Source: Okamejei kenojei (Eukaryota). From it: DNA of 64,000 bases. This document shows positions 51,060 to 62,532 of this stretch, in pieces. The stretch lies in assembly GCA_035221665.1 (NCBI GenBank), contig CM069144.1, positions 65,348,001-65,412,000 on the forward strand, in the 5' to 3' direction. The translations under genes and the position numbers were made by a program. The notes below the pieces were generated by a model, which did no database searches, was not told where the DNA came from, and saw nothing but the letters and a program-made list of their open reading frames with translations. Numbering within the stretch: position 1 is the stretch's first letter; each line of letters opens with the position of its first letter.

Positions 51060-52432
51060 GGCACAGGCAGCATCTCTGGAGAGAAGAAATGGGTGATGTT
51101 TTTTGATGCTATATTTAAGAGTGAGTGCTATATTTAAGAGTGAGTTGGATGTGGCCCTTGTGGCTAAGGGGATCGGAGGGTATGGAGAGAAGGCAGGTAC
51201 GGGATACTGAGTTGGATGATCAGCCATGATCATATTGAATGGCGGTGCAGGCTCGAAGGGCTGAATGGCCTACTCCTGCACCTAATTTCTATGTTTCTAT
51301 GTTTTGGGTCTAGACCCTTCTTCAGACTGATGTCAGGGGGGAGGGAGATAGATAAGTGTGAAGGTGTGAGAACAGGACAAAGGGAATGGAGATTAAGGAA
51401 AATGTAGAATAGATCATTGTTAGCTGGGAGAAGGTAACATCAAAGCAAACACAGATAAAATGTAGGGGGTTACACAAAAAACTGGAGAAACTCAGCGGGT
51501 GCAGCTTTTTGTGTAACCCTCGATTCTCCAGCATCTGCAGTTTCTTCGTTAACACAGATAAAATGTAGCCGGAGACAGTAAGACTGGTCGGAGATCTGGG
51601 AAGGAGGAGGGATGGAGAGAGAGGGAAAGCAAGGGTTACTTGAAGGTAGAAAAGTCAATGTTCTGGGGTATAAGCTGCCCAAGCGAAATACGAGGTGATG
51701 TTCCGCCAATTTGTGTTGGGCCTCACTCTGACAATGGAGGAGTCCCAGGACAGAAAGGTCAGTGTGGGAATTGGAGGGGGAGTTAACGTGTTTAGCAACC
51801 GGGAGATCAGGCAGGTTCAGGCGGACTGAACGGCGGTGTTCAGTAAAACGATAGCCAGGACTGTGCTTGGTCTCACCGATATACAGGAGTGTACACCTGG
51901 AATAGCGGATACAGTAGATGAGGTTGGAGGATGTGCAAGTGAACCTCTGCCTCACCAGGTAAAACTGCCCGTATCCTTGGATGAAGTCGGGGGGGGGGGG
52001 AAAGGTATGAGGTACAGGGACAGTGTTGCATCTCGTGCGGCTGTTGGGGAAAGTACCTGGGGAGGAGGTGGTTTGAGTGGGAAAGGACGAGTTGACCAGG
52101 GAGTTGCAAAGGGAACTGTCTTGGCGGAAAGGGGTGGAGAAGGGAAGATGTGACTAGTGGTGGGATCCCGTTGGATGTCTCCATCCCTCCCCCTTCCCAG
52201 TTCTCCGGTCAGTCTTACCGTCTCGGACTACATTATCTCCCAGGTAACAATGATCTATTCTACATTCCCCTCGAACTTCATTCCCTTTCCCCTGTTTTCA
52301 CACCTTCACACTTCCTTATCTATCTATCTCCCTTCCCCCTGACGTCAGTCTGAAGAAGGGTCTTGACCCGAAAATTCATCCATTCCGTCTCTCCAGAGAT
52401 GCTGCCTGTCCTACTGAGTAACTCCAGCATTG
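51060..52432 (-). mobile_element. Penelope element with inverted terminal copy (52178-52432) and CR1 3' fragment inserted at about 51103-51298
   Basis: ORF 51470..51955 RQRFTCTSSNLIYCI...LLYIGETK; hammerhead motifs at 51301 (minus) and 52350 (plus). Confidence 0.88.
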
Positions 52433-52842
52433 TGTTAACCACAATCCTCGGTTCTGGTTGCAGTCATCGCCAGCAGGAGAACAATCCATTAAACATAATT
52501 ACCACATTGTGGTTTGCATTCACGTGGACTTATTACAGTTGCCATTCTAGGTACAGTTTGACTTCAGGTGTAACCTGGATGGGATTATGGACACTAGGCA
52601 ACCAAGTCAAGCAACGATTTGCCGACGTCTAGCAAAACCAGCTAGGTCACCAGGCACACATACTGCTTATATCCAAAAAGAACAAGAATTGATTTTGGGC
52701 TCTGTAAACTGCTTTATTGGCCTTGACTTCAGGACTTTATGCAAGCATGGCACAAAGACTGGCTCTATCTAACACCAGTGCATGTGCCACATAGCAGGTT
52801 ATAAATGTCAGCATTGTAATGCTTTAAACCCCAGACGCAGTA

Positions 52843-52856
52843 CCACCAGGGGGCGC
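52843..52856 (+). promoter_or_regulatory. Consensus CTCF core motif CCACCAGGGGGCGC
   Basis: Exact match to the canonical CTCF consensus; motif only, no occupancy data. Confidence 0.45.
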
Positions 52857-52930
52857 CGCACGATGGCTGCCTCGCCAACGGTCTGTCTGCGCCTTTTTCA
52901 TTCTTTGTGTTTTTAGTTTGTTGTAAAATA

Positions 52931-54470
52931 TAGTGCCCTCCATAGTGTTTGGGACAAAGACCCACCATTTATTTATTTGCCACTGTACTCCACAATCTGT
53001 GACTTGTAATAGGAAAAAAACCCATTTGGTTTCACCATGTAGAAATTACAGCTGTGTTTATACATAGTCCCCCATTTCAGGGCACCATAATGTTTGGAAC
53101 ACATGGCTTCACAGGTGTTTGTAATTGCTCATGTGTGTTTAATTGCTTCCTAATACAGGTATAAGAGAGCTCTCAGCGCCTAGTCTTTCCTCCAGTCTTT
53201 CCTTCACCTTTGGAAACCTTTATTGCTGTTTATCAACATGAGGACCAGAGTTGTGCCAATGAAAGTCAAAGAAGCCATTATGAGACTGAGAAACAAGAAT
53301 AAAACTGTGAGACATCAGCCAAACAGGCTTACCAAAGTCAACTGTTTGGAACATCATTAAAAAGAGAGAACTGGTGAGATTACTAATCACAAATGCCAAG
53401 GAAGACTTCCACAGCTGATGACAGAATAATTCTCTCTATAATAAAGAAAAATCCTCAAATCTGTCCGACAGATCAGAAACACACTTCAGGAGTCAGGTGT
53501 GGATTTTTTTCTTTATTATAGAGAGCCAATGACCACTGTCTGCAGAAGACTTCACGAACAGAAATACAGAGGCTACACTGTAGCCGCAAAAGTAGGATGG
53601 CCAGGTTACAGCTTGCCATGAAGTACTTAAAAGATCAACCACAGTTCTGGAAAAAGGTCTTGTGGCCAGACGAGACGAAGATGAACTTGTATCAGAGTGA
53701 TGGCAAGAGCAAAGTATAGAAGAGAGAAGGAACTGCCCAAAATCCAAAGCAGACCACCTCATCTGTGAAACACGGTGGTGGGGGTGTTATGGCCTCGGCA
53801 TGTATGGCTGCTGAAGGTACTGGCTCACTTATCTTCATAGATGATACAACCGCTGATGTTAGTAGCATGATGAATTCTGAAGTGTATAGACACATCCTAT
53901 CGGCTCAAGTTCAAACAAATGCCTCAAAGCTCATTGGCCGGCGGTTCATTCTACAGCAAGAAAATGTCCCAAACATACTGCTAAAGCACCAAAGGATTTT
54001 TTCAAAGGTATAAAATGGCCAATTATTGCGTGACCAAGTCAATCACCTGATCTGAACCCAATTGAGCATGCCTTTTATATGCTGAAGAGAAAATTGAAGG
54101 GCCTACCCCTAAAACAAGCATAAAGATGGCTGCAATTCCTGGCAGAGCATCACAGCAACTGGTGATGTCCATGAATCGCACACTTCAAGCAGTCATTGCA
54201 AGCAAAGGATATGCAACAAAATACTAAACACGACTACTTTCATTTACATGACATTGCTGTGTCGCAAACATTATAGTGCCCTGAAATGGGGGGGACTGTG
54301 TATAAACACTGCTGTAATTTTTACATGGTGAAACCAAAAAGTATAAAAGGCCTTTATTAAAATGTGACAATGTGCACTTTAACTACGTTACTTTTTTTCT
54401 ATTACAAATCTCAAATTCTTGAGTACAGAGGGAAATAAATAAATGATGGGTCTTTGTCCCAAACATTATG
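52931..54470 (+). mobile_element. Tc1/mariner DNA transposon (IR/DR type), transposase pseudogene at about 53238-54227
   Basis: Long TIRs (GTTTGGGACAAAGACCCA... / ...TGGGTCTTTGTCCCAAAC) with inner repeats; VLWPDETK, KHGGGGVM, FILQQENVP and PSQSPDLNPIEH motifs; frameshifts; right tip deleted. Confidence 0.93.
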
Positions 54471-55111
54471 AAGTTTTAGTTTTTGTGGGGGGTGGGTGGA
54501 GTAAACTTTTTAAAATCTCTTTCCTCGACTGAGGTGCGACTTTTTCCGTGTCGTATCTCCGCCCGCGCAGCGGCTTAATATCGTGGAGTTGGCGGCCGCT
54601 TGTTTGGGACTTCTAGTGCTAAACATCTCGGAGTGGGCGATCCCTTTGCTAGGGGCGGCCTTTGATGCTCCAATCTGCGGGAGCTGCGGACTTTAACATC
54701 GTGAAGCTCGCGGTCCCTGGTTAGGGACCGATTTCTGGAACCCCAAGCCGCAGGAGTTTGACCACTCCGATGCGGTAGCTCGATCACCGGCAGCGGATTG
54801 TTCGACTCCCCTGTCCGGAGGTAAGGAGGAAAGAAGATAAGACTTGATTGCCTTCCATCACAGTAGAGAATGTAGAGGAGCCGCTGTGGTGGAAGTTTAT
54901 GTAATTGTATGTCTTGTTGCTTTTTTGGTATGACTGTATGGCAAACCAAATTCCTCGTATGTTGCAAAACATACTTGGCTAATGAATTACGATACGATTA
55001 TGAATAAATTACATATTGCTTTTTAGTGGGCATGCAGTGAGCACAATTGACACATTAACGAACCAATTTGCATTGTTAATTGAACATAATGATGACAAAT
55101 GCCATGATTTT

Positions 55112-55412
55112 TGTTTAGTAAGGAAATACAGCATGGAAACAAGCCCTTTGGCACACCAGGTCCACACTGAACGTCGATCACGCATCCACACTAGTACCAC
55201 TCCCTACATATCAGGGGCAATTTACAGAAGCCAATTACCCATATAACCCACAAGTGTTTGGGACGCAGGAGGAAGCCGGAATACCCCAGAGGAAACCCAC
55301 GCGGTCACATGAAGAATGTGCAACCTCCACACAGACAGCACCTGAGGTCAGGATCAAATGTGTCTCTGACACTCCAAGGCAACAGCTCTACCAGCTGTGC
55401 CATTGCACCACC
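55112..55412 (-). mobile_element. V-SINE (HE1-like)
   Basis: V-domain GTGTGGAGGTTGCACATTCTTC...GCGTGGGTTTCCTCTGGG on minus. Confidence 0.8.
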
Positions 55413-55731
55413 TTATTTTAAAGTGTTATTGCTGCCAAACATTAATGTTTGAAAAATTTTCAAGCTTGAATTCATTAAAAATTCTGCAGTCAAAAAAAAT
55501 TGGTAAATTATACTATCAGGCAACGGAGGGCATTAGAGCAGAACTGTCATATAAATCGAGCATCAACTAAAATAAAACATGACAGCAGTGAATTTGAAAT
55601 AAAACATGAAAGACATCTGACTAAATATTTACCAAGTTTATTTATAATGTAGTTTTGAGAGAATAATTGTGTGAGAAGTATTGGCAAGACTTTGTAATAC
55701 CAACCCAAGAGAATGCAGTTCAGCAACTTAC

Positions 55732-55847
55732 CTGTTTACGTTCTCTTTTTGGAGGCATTTGTGGCTGAGCCGGATTTATCATAACAGTGGCAGGCGCCAC
55801 TGGTGCAGAATATGATTGCACTCCCTGTGTTGCTGGATAATAGGTTC
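55732..55847 (-). CDS. eif4g1: eIF4G1 coding exon (G)TYYPATQGVQSYSAPVAPATVMINPAQPQMPPKRERKQ; start of PABP-binding motif
   Basis: ttcag|GAACC...AAACAG|gtaag; 116 nt, phase 1 to 0; similar to human GAYYPAQGVQQFP...APKRERKT. Confidence 0.93.
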
Positions 55848-58530
55848 CTGAAGAGACAAAGTGTCAACAACTAAGGGTAAATAGTCCATCCTCTGAAAGG
55901 TCAACCTCTGATGATTCCTTTTAGAAAAATTCTACCTTAGGTTAATCATTTGCAGGAAACTAAATGAAGGTTAAATTGATTTTTTTTTAAATCTTGGCTC
56001 CTCTCACCTATGAAATTATAGAGAAATAGAGAAACTAAAATGAAAAAAAAAAAACATTAGTCACCAACCCCTAGAATCCAAAACTCCTAAGTATACATTT
56101 TAGAGAACAATTGTTGTACGCCACCAAAACATCAGGAAAATGCAGTCTCAACTTCCCTCTTCATAAACTAGCAGAGCCCAATCAAACAGGAACTGCAAAT
56201 GTTTTACTTCAAATCATTATTGGCTGGATACCAATCGTAACAGGATTCTGGAGAGTACATTTATGAGTCGCAATACAAACTGATTTTAACTGCAGTGCTA
56301 AATATTTGATGGGTGGACAAATCCTCCTGTAGAATTTTATGATAATTTTCCTAGAGTTTGGTACAAGTTCTTAATTATCCCATTACTTTGTTTTCATAGT
56401 TGATTGCAGAATTCCAGCTGACCCATGAGCACAATAGGGGCACAAACCTTACGCTCGTCCTTTTCCAATTTTCTCATCTTTGATTTCTAACTTAGTTGCT
56501 GCTTGATAAACACACAATCACGAGCAGTTGGACGCAGATGTACTGCGGAGTGTACAAAGATTAAGCAGAATATATTGTCTGAAATGGAACGCTGCAGTTT
56601 TGAGGTCACAGCACAGAAAAGGGCCCTTCGGCCCAACTTCGCCATGCTGACCGAGCGGCTCCATTTACACTAGTTGCACCCGCCTGCGTTTGGCCCAGAT
56701 CCCTCTAAACCTTTCCAATCGATAAGAAAACGAGAACATGATAGGAGTCATGCTAAATTATGAAATTCTTCTTCATAACAGCATCATCTAAAACTAGGGA
56801 GCTGAGGTTTAAGTAATAAGAGAGTTGGAAGGCAGAGGAAAAAATATTTTCATCCATTCTGGAACACACTCCGAAAGGTGGAGCTGGGTAAGCAATCTTG
56901 GAACATTTGAAGAGCATCTAAACAAACACGATTTTTTAATACTACAGATCAAGTGTTGGTAAATTAGATTAGCACGGTTAGCAAGAACTTGCTGGTCCAA
57001 AGGGCACATTTGTGCTGTAGGAGTACAACCCACCTAAAAATCATGATTTATATATAAAAGCTGCGATAGACACCATCAGAATTATTCCACAAAAGCATCA
57101 CAACAATGTTCAGTGTTGAAGAACCTTGCCAATTTGTACTGCCATAATCCAGGATACCGATTCTCATCACACATTGGAGTGGGAACTTGGACCTTCCTGA
57201 CCACAGATATACGATTAATATGAGCAAGCTTACTCTATCCTTTTCAACTTCGTTTTACTTTTAACATATGGCGGACAGTTTTTAATACATAAAATGTCTC
57301 AATTTTTCAACATGTACTTGGTCTACTACTACATCCATTTTCCTAATGCGCCTTGGCACAATGGCCAAAGCATTCCATGTCACACAAGGAGACTTTAGAG
57401 CAATTACACAACAGGTTTTGTGCAATCTTAAAACAATCACATTTATTTCAATGCAAGAGATTTGATCATTAAAGGTAGGTGAACTCAGGTCAGGTGTGAA
57501 TAGGTATGGTGATTGGAATGCTGCTGCCATTACTGAACCCTGGCTAAGAGAGGTACAGGAGTGGCAGCTTAATGTTCCAGGGAACAGGTGTGGCAGGAGA
57601 CAGAGGTGTGGGTAGATGAGTAGCTTTATGGATTAAACAGAATGCCAGCGGTAGTTCAAGATGACATTACTGATGATTCACCCAGTGAGGCGACATGGGT
57701 GGAGCTGAGACATAAAAAGAGATAATCACCTTGTTGAGAGTGTTCTACAGGGCCCCAAATGGTCAATGAATAACACAGGCAACAATATTTCAAAATTTAC
57801 AACATATCTACCAAAGTCAACCAACAATTTGCACATTACTAGCAAAATTTCAGCCAGGCAAACGATTGGGGAAATAATCATCTACCGTCAAAAATAAATT
57901 AAAAAGTAAAAAGGCCTCTTAAAACCTGCACAATAGTTGAAACTTCACTGCAAATCAATGCAATGAACTGAAGAATATTACTTGCACTTGTAAACTATTT
58001 CACAATCATCAAAATACATTTGAAAAATGTAATGGGTTGTTCCTCTTTTTCATATTGAAATGTTTAGTCCATTTCAGTACAAGGGAAGCACTTGACAAAA
58101 AATTCAGACATCACAAATTGATAAACTTCAATCACTGATCAAGTTATCATACAGGAAATATGCAGATTGTTATTTTCCCTTCTGTTTAATGTTTGTTTTC
58201 AAAACTCTGGAGTGGTCATTGAAACATGAAATAAAGATCTTGTACTCCGACTACTAATTGTTAGCTTCAAGTAAGGCTATATTTAGAGCCCAACTTCAAG
58301 AACAAGCCGCAAATAAAAATCCATCTAAAGACTACTTAACTTAGCACCGACAATTGCTGAGAATGTATACACCCTACTGCAGAAAGTGTACAGTATAAAG
58401 TCTAAACTACTACAAATTGTCCTTGTTAAAAATTAATAGCTGATTCCATCAATGCTGAAAACATAATGAAATCTAGTCTATGGAAAAAAACGGTCAGCTT
58501 TATGAACAAAATGGGAAGCTGTTCTGCTCA

Positions 58531-58825
58531 AGGGTAGCACAGTGGCACAGCTGCTAGAGCCACTGCCTCAGAGCCAGAGACCCTATTTCAATCCTGACCT
58601 CGGGTGTGTTTGAATGGAGTTTATATGTCCTCCATATGACCATGTGGATTTCTTCTGGGTGCTCAGGTTTCCTTCCACATCCCTAAGAGGGCAATTTGTA
58701 AGTTAACTGGCCTCTGTAAATTGTCCCCAGCATGTAGGAAGTGGATACAAAAGTGGAATAACAGAACTAGTTGGAACGGGTGATGATGGTTAGCATGGAC
58801 TCGATACTTGTATCTCCAAACTTTA
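58531..58825 (+). mobile_element. V-SINE (HE1-like)
   Basis: GGGTAGCACAGTGGCACAG head, B-box-like TTTCAATCC and V-domain. Confidence 0.8.
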
Positions 58826-59094
58826 AAGCAATGATATAAACATCCAATTTAGTGAGAAAAACATTGCATATTGACCATACATGGTCATATTTCAGGATGT
58901 AGTTGATTTGTAAAAGGCTACACAAAAAGATATTAAAAAAATAATTTACTAATCATTTTTTTAGAATCAAGATTAGAAAACATTAATCTTCAAGACTAGT
59001 CAAGAGCCAATCATGAAAAGCAAGTATTTAGCAAAGGAATGGTATATTATGAGTAGCTTTATGTGAGAAGCATGGTGTACACAATCTTACATAA

Positions 59095-59612
59095 ATCGTC
59101 CCCAATGTAGCGAGACCAAGCCTACACCAGGCAACGGTTTTGCCAAACATTTGTATTCCATGACCTTCTGGATTACCCAATTGCTAACCATTAACTCCCC
59201 TTCCTATATCGAACTTCATCTCTGGGCCTCCTCCATTGCTTGAGTGATACCACATCGAATTTACCAATTTTAGGAAACTAACCAACAGCCCCCCCCCAAC
59301 ATCTCATCCATGTACCCCACCTGAATGAGCATACATTTTTCATACTATCCTACCCCACCGCTTTCCTCTTTCCCCTTCCCTAGATCTATGCCATCTACAT
59401 CCTTTCCTCTGGCTTAACTTTTTGCACTTCTCTCCTCATTTCACAGCCTTTTGTTTTTTCATCGGTCTTTATCAATCCTCATTCACAGGTATCCACCCAT
59501 CACTTGCTTGCCTTTTTTTCAGTCTCCACCCTGGAGAGTTGACCTGAAACGTCACCTATCCATGTCCTCCAGAGTTGCTGCCTGCAGAGACCTGCTGAGT
59601 TACTCCAGCACT
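59095..59612 (+). mobile_element. Degraded Penelope 3' region
   Basis: ETK...GFAKH remnant and GAAACGTCACC...GCTGAGTTACTCCAGCA terminus. Confidence 0.6.
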
Positions 59613-62395
59613 GTCTTTTTCTTAAAAATGAAAATTGCGCTGGGCATTGGCAAAAACCTTAATTGCAGTAATGAACCGTTTAACAGTATTTTTTAAGTCG
59701 AGACAGTGTAGATCAATTCCAATGAAGAGAGGGATATCTTTTCAAGGGAAACTGAACAAAATTAATCTAAACTCACTATAGTTTGAAGAATAAGATTACA
59801 TATGTTTTTTTAAAAAGAGGCATTCACCAGTTGATGCCATTTTTTTAGCTGACCCTTTCGGGACAAGCTGCAATTTCTTTGTGCAGAGGTTGTAAAGACT
59901 TTTTGGTTCAGCAAGGCAAAGAAGAGAAGTCAAGAAGCAAAGTGAATGAGACAAAGAATCAACCTCATTGAATGGCAGAGGACTCATGGGACCTTATGGC
60001 TGGCTCTGGTTAAAATTTGTTTTCAACCATTTTGACAAATACTTCTGTTCATAAATTATTAAGATGCTGCTTTATGATGTTAATACATTTTTAACAAAGG
60101 TTTCTCACTTGAAAATGTTCCTCTGCAAGTGCTGCTAGACAGCAACTAGAAACAAGTTGGGCTTTCCTTATACAAATGATATAATCTTGAGGGACTGCGT
60201 TTGATATATTCAAGACAGGCATCAGACTAGACTTTTAAATCACAATTCATCCTAACCGATTTATGAAATCAGATTTTAGATATTTTAGAAGTAAAATATC
60301 CCATAAATAAGAAATTGAACTGTTAATACCATGCAAATTATGCCAGCTTGGGCCGAAGGGCCCGTTTCCACGTTGTAAGACTAACTACCCAAGTCTTTAA
60401 TAATGTAAATATTTAGGCAACAACTATTTGCACACACAAATCAAAGCCAATTACCATAAGACTTTTATAAAGCCAGAAAACAATAATACATTTCCTGCTG
60501 CTTGATGCAATTGCACACTGGATCAATTGAAAATCCAATTGTTACCAATAACAAAAGTCACCAATAAACCTAAACTTATTTCAAGGTAATTGCAGTGGGT
60601 GGAATTAATATAAAATTGTCCATACAAATTAGAATTTTACATTTTCAGTACAATTGCAAGGGAAATAAATTATGCCTTTTTAGATATCCAAACATATATC
60701 AGATCTGTATGGGAATACAGCCAGAGGATGCGAACCAGAATAGACCCCATATTTGTTGAACCAAATTATTTGCATAAACTGCACTTCCTACTCCGTACAG
60801 AAGATTGTTCTCTAGTCTATCTAAATAAAGACAATGTACAATTGTACTTTTTTTTTTAGATTAGAAAACCAAGTATCAGAAACTCATGTCAATAATGCTT
60901 ACATTTCTGTTAAGCTCAAATTGTCTTATGAAAATAGCAATGATAAATTTATTGCTGAAATTATGTAGAAAACATGACTGACTGCTTAAGTGCAATCTAT
61001 GAAAATACACCAAATTGATATAAAAACCATTGCAATGTTAATTTTCCAGCTGGACATACAAAATCTTGATAGAAAGTACGAGGAACTTACCATGTTATGA
61101 AGTTGAACACAAATAGGTGTTCTTCCATTCCATGGTGCAGGACACTAAAATACTGCTCTTTTCCTTAGTCCACTGACAGATGTGTTTTTGAAATACAAAA
61201 TCTTCTATTTTGTGCAATTGTAGGCATTAACCCAAATAGCAATCCTAATTTTCATAGCCTTTAAATATATCTACCTTTGCAAAACAGTTGCACCATTATG
61301 ACAAATGACATGACACTAAATGTTATCTTGCACTGAACACTGCATTGGGTCTGGCATTTCAAAACAGCATTTACTATCAGTATTAAAATTTCGTCAATTA
61401 CAGGTACAATTTGCTGAATTATCAGAATTCATTGACTTAATCACATACTAAGATTTGAAAATGAATTAACGATTCTCTACCTGATGGATATAAATTAATG
61501 ATTCTAAACAACTAAAAATTAATACTAGGAGACACTCCATTTACATTTTTAAATTCTGCTAGACGAGAAAAGTACAGTAGAATGGCAGGGATGAGCCGTG
61601 AAACAACACTGGAATGATACGTAGATAGGGTTAAACAGGGGTAAATTATTGGAGCTCACTGCGTAGAAAGTGAAACTTTGCTTATTTTGCTCACCATAAA
61701 CACCAGCTGGAAACAACATGCATGTATAATAAGTGGTCAAGGGGGAACATAGAAAACAGTACTAGGATTAGGCCGCTGTCATGCACTTAATGAAAGGATA
61801 TCATATTGTGCTGAGATTATGATCAGCAAAATTGATAAAGGCAGTCCAAATGATGAGCTTTATTTAGAATTTCAGTAAGCATTTCAGAAGGTGTTAACAG
61901 GCTACCAGTATGGATTAAACAACGAATTTAAGAAAATTGGAATAACCTGGAGATTTTTGAGTTGGTAGCTTTGACGAGAATACCAAAAGGATTAGCTGCT
62001 CATAATATAGATACACAGACAATAGATGCAGGAGTAGGCCATTTGGCCCTTCGGGCCTGCTGATGGCTGGTCATCCATAATCAGTACCCTGTTCCTGCCT
62101 TCTCCCCATGCCCCTTGATTCTGCTACCCCAAGAGCTCTATCTATTTCCCGAGTACCTACCGTTACTCGTACGAGCCACTACGAGACATCCACGAACTCA
62201 TCCACGGACCCGCTACGAACATTATCAGTGTTCAAATCACAGGAAAACTCGGGAGAACTCTTGAATTACCTCGTACGGTGAGACTCTCTTTTGAATGCAT
62301 CCAGTGAATCGGCCTCCACTGCCTTCTGAGGCAGAGAATTCACAACTCTCTGTGCAAAAAAGTTTCTCCTCATCTCAGTTCTAAATGGTCTACCC

Positions 62396-62449
62396 GGGGT
62401 GGGAGATTACAACCTTCACGTGTTCCGCCCTGTTTCACCGAATGCAATC
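62396..62449 (+). ncRNA. Minimal HDV/CPEB3-like ribozyme (two mismatches in this copy)
   Basis: P1 GGGGTGG/CCGCCCT, P2 GATTACA/TGCAATC, P3 ACC/GTT, L3 TTCACGT, J4/2 CGAA. Confidence 0.75.
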
Positions 62450-62532
62450 AACCCGGCGTGCACAATGAAATAAGATCAAATAGAACAAGTTGTCCTACAA
62501 CTTTAGGCTGTGCACGCATATGCAAGAAGAAG
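62396..62532 (+). mobile_element. 137-bp retroposon (SINE-like) with HDV-like ribozyme head
   Basis: 12-bp TSD AATGGTCTACCC at 62384-62395 and 62533-62544; (AAG)3 tail; 3' stem-loop. Confidence 0.88.

Larger units (their letters stand above)
52835..55008 (+). mobile_element. Non-autonomous retroposon with Rex1-like 3' tail, split by Tc1
   Basis: GC-rich body; 3' end CAAATTCCTCGTATGT...ACATACTTGGCTAAT matches the Rex1 tail at about 22317-22350. 5' boundary uncertain. Confidence 0.55.
3983..55847 (-). other. eif4g1: eif4g1 gene, partial (11 internal coding exons; gene continues beyond both window ends)
   Basis: Exons splice in frame with AG acceptors and GT donors (one GC donor). The translation matches vertebrate eIF4G1 motifs [26 protein letters not shown], [23 protein letters not shown] and [28 protein letters not shown] and ISEPNF match eIF4G1 rather than eIF4G3 as I recall the paralogs. 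Confidence 0.95.

Noticed and set aside
61091-61144. Possible 54-nt cryptic or poison exon (ttttag|...ATG|gtaagt on minus)
   Set aside because: The donor is strong but the polypyrimidine tract is poor, there is an in-frame stop, and there is no eIF4G1 similarity; unsupported without RNA data.
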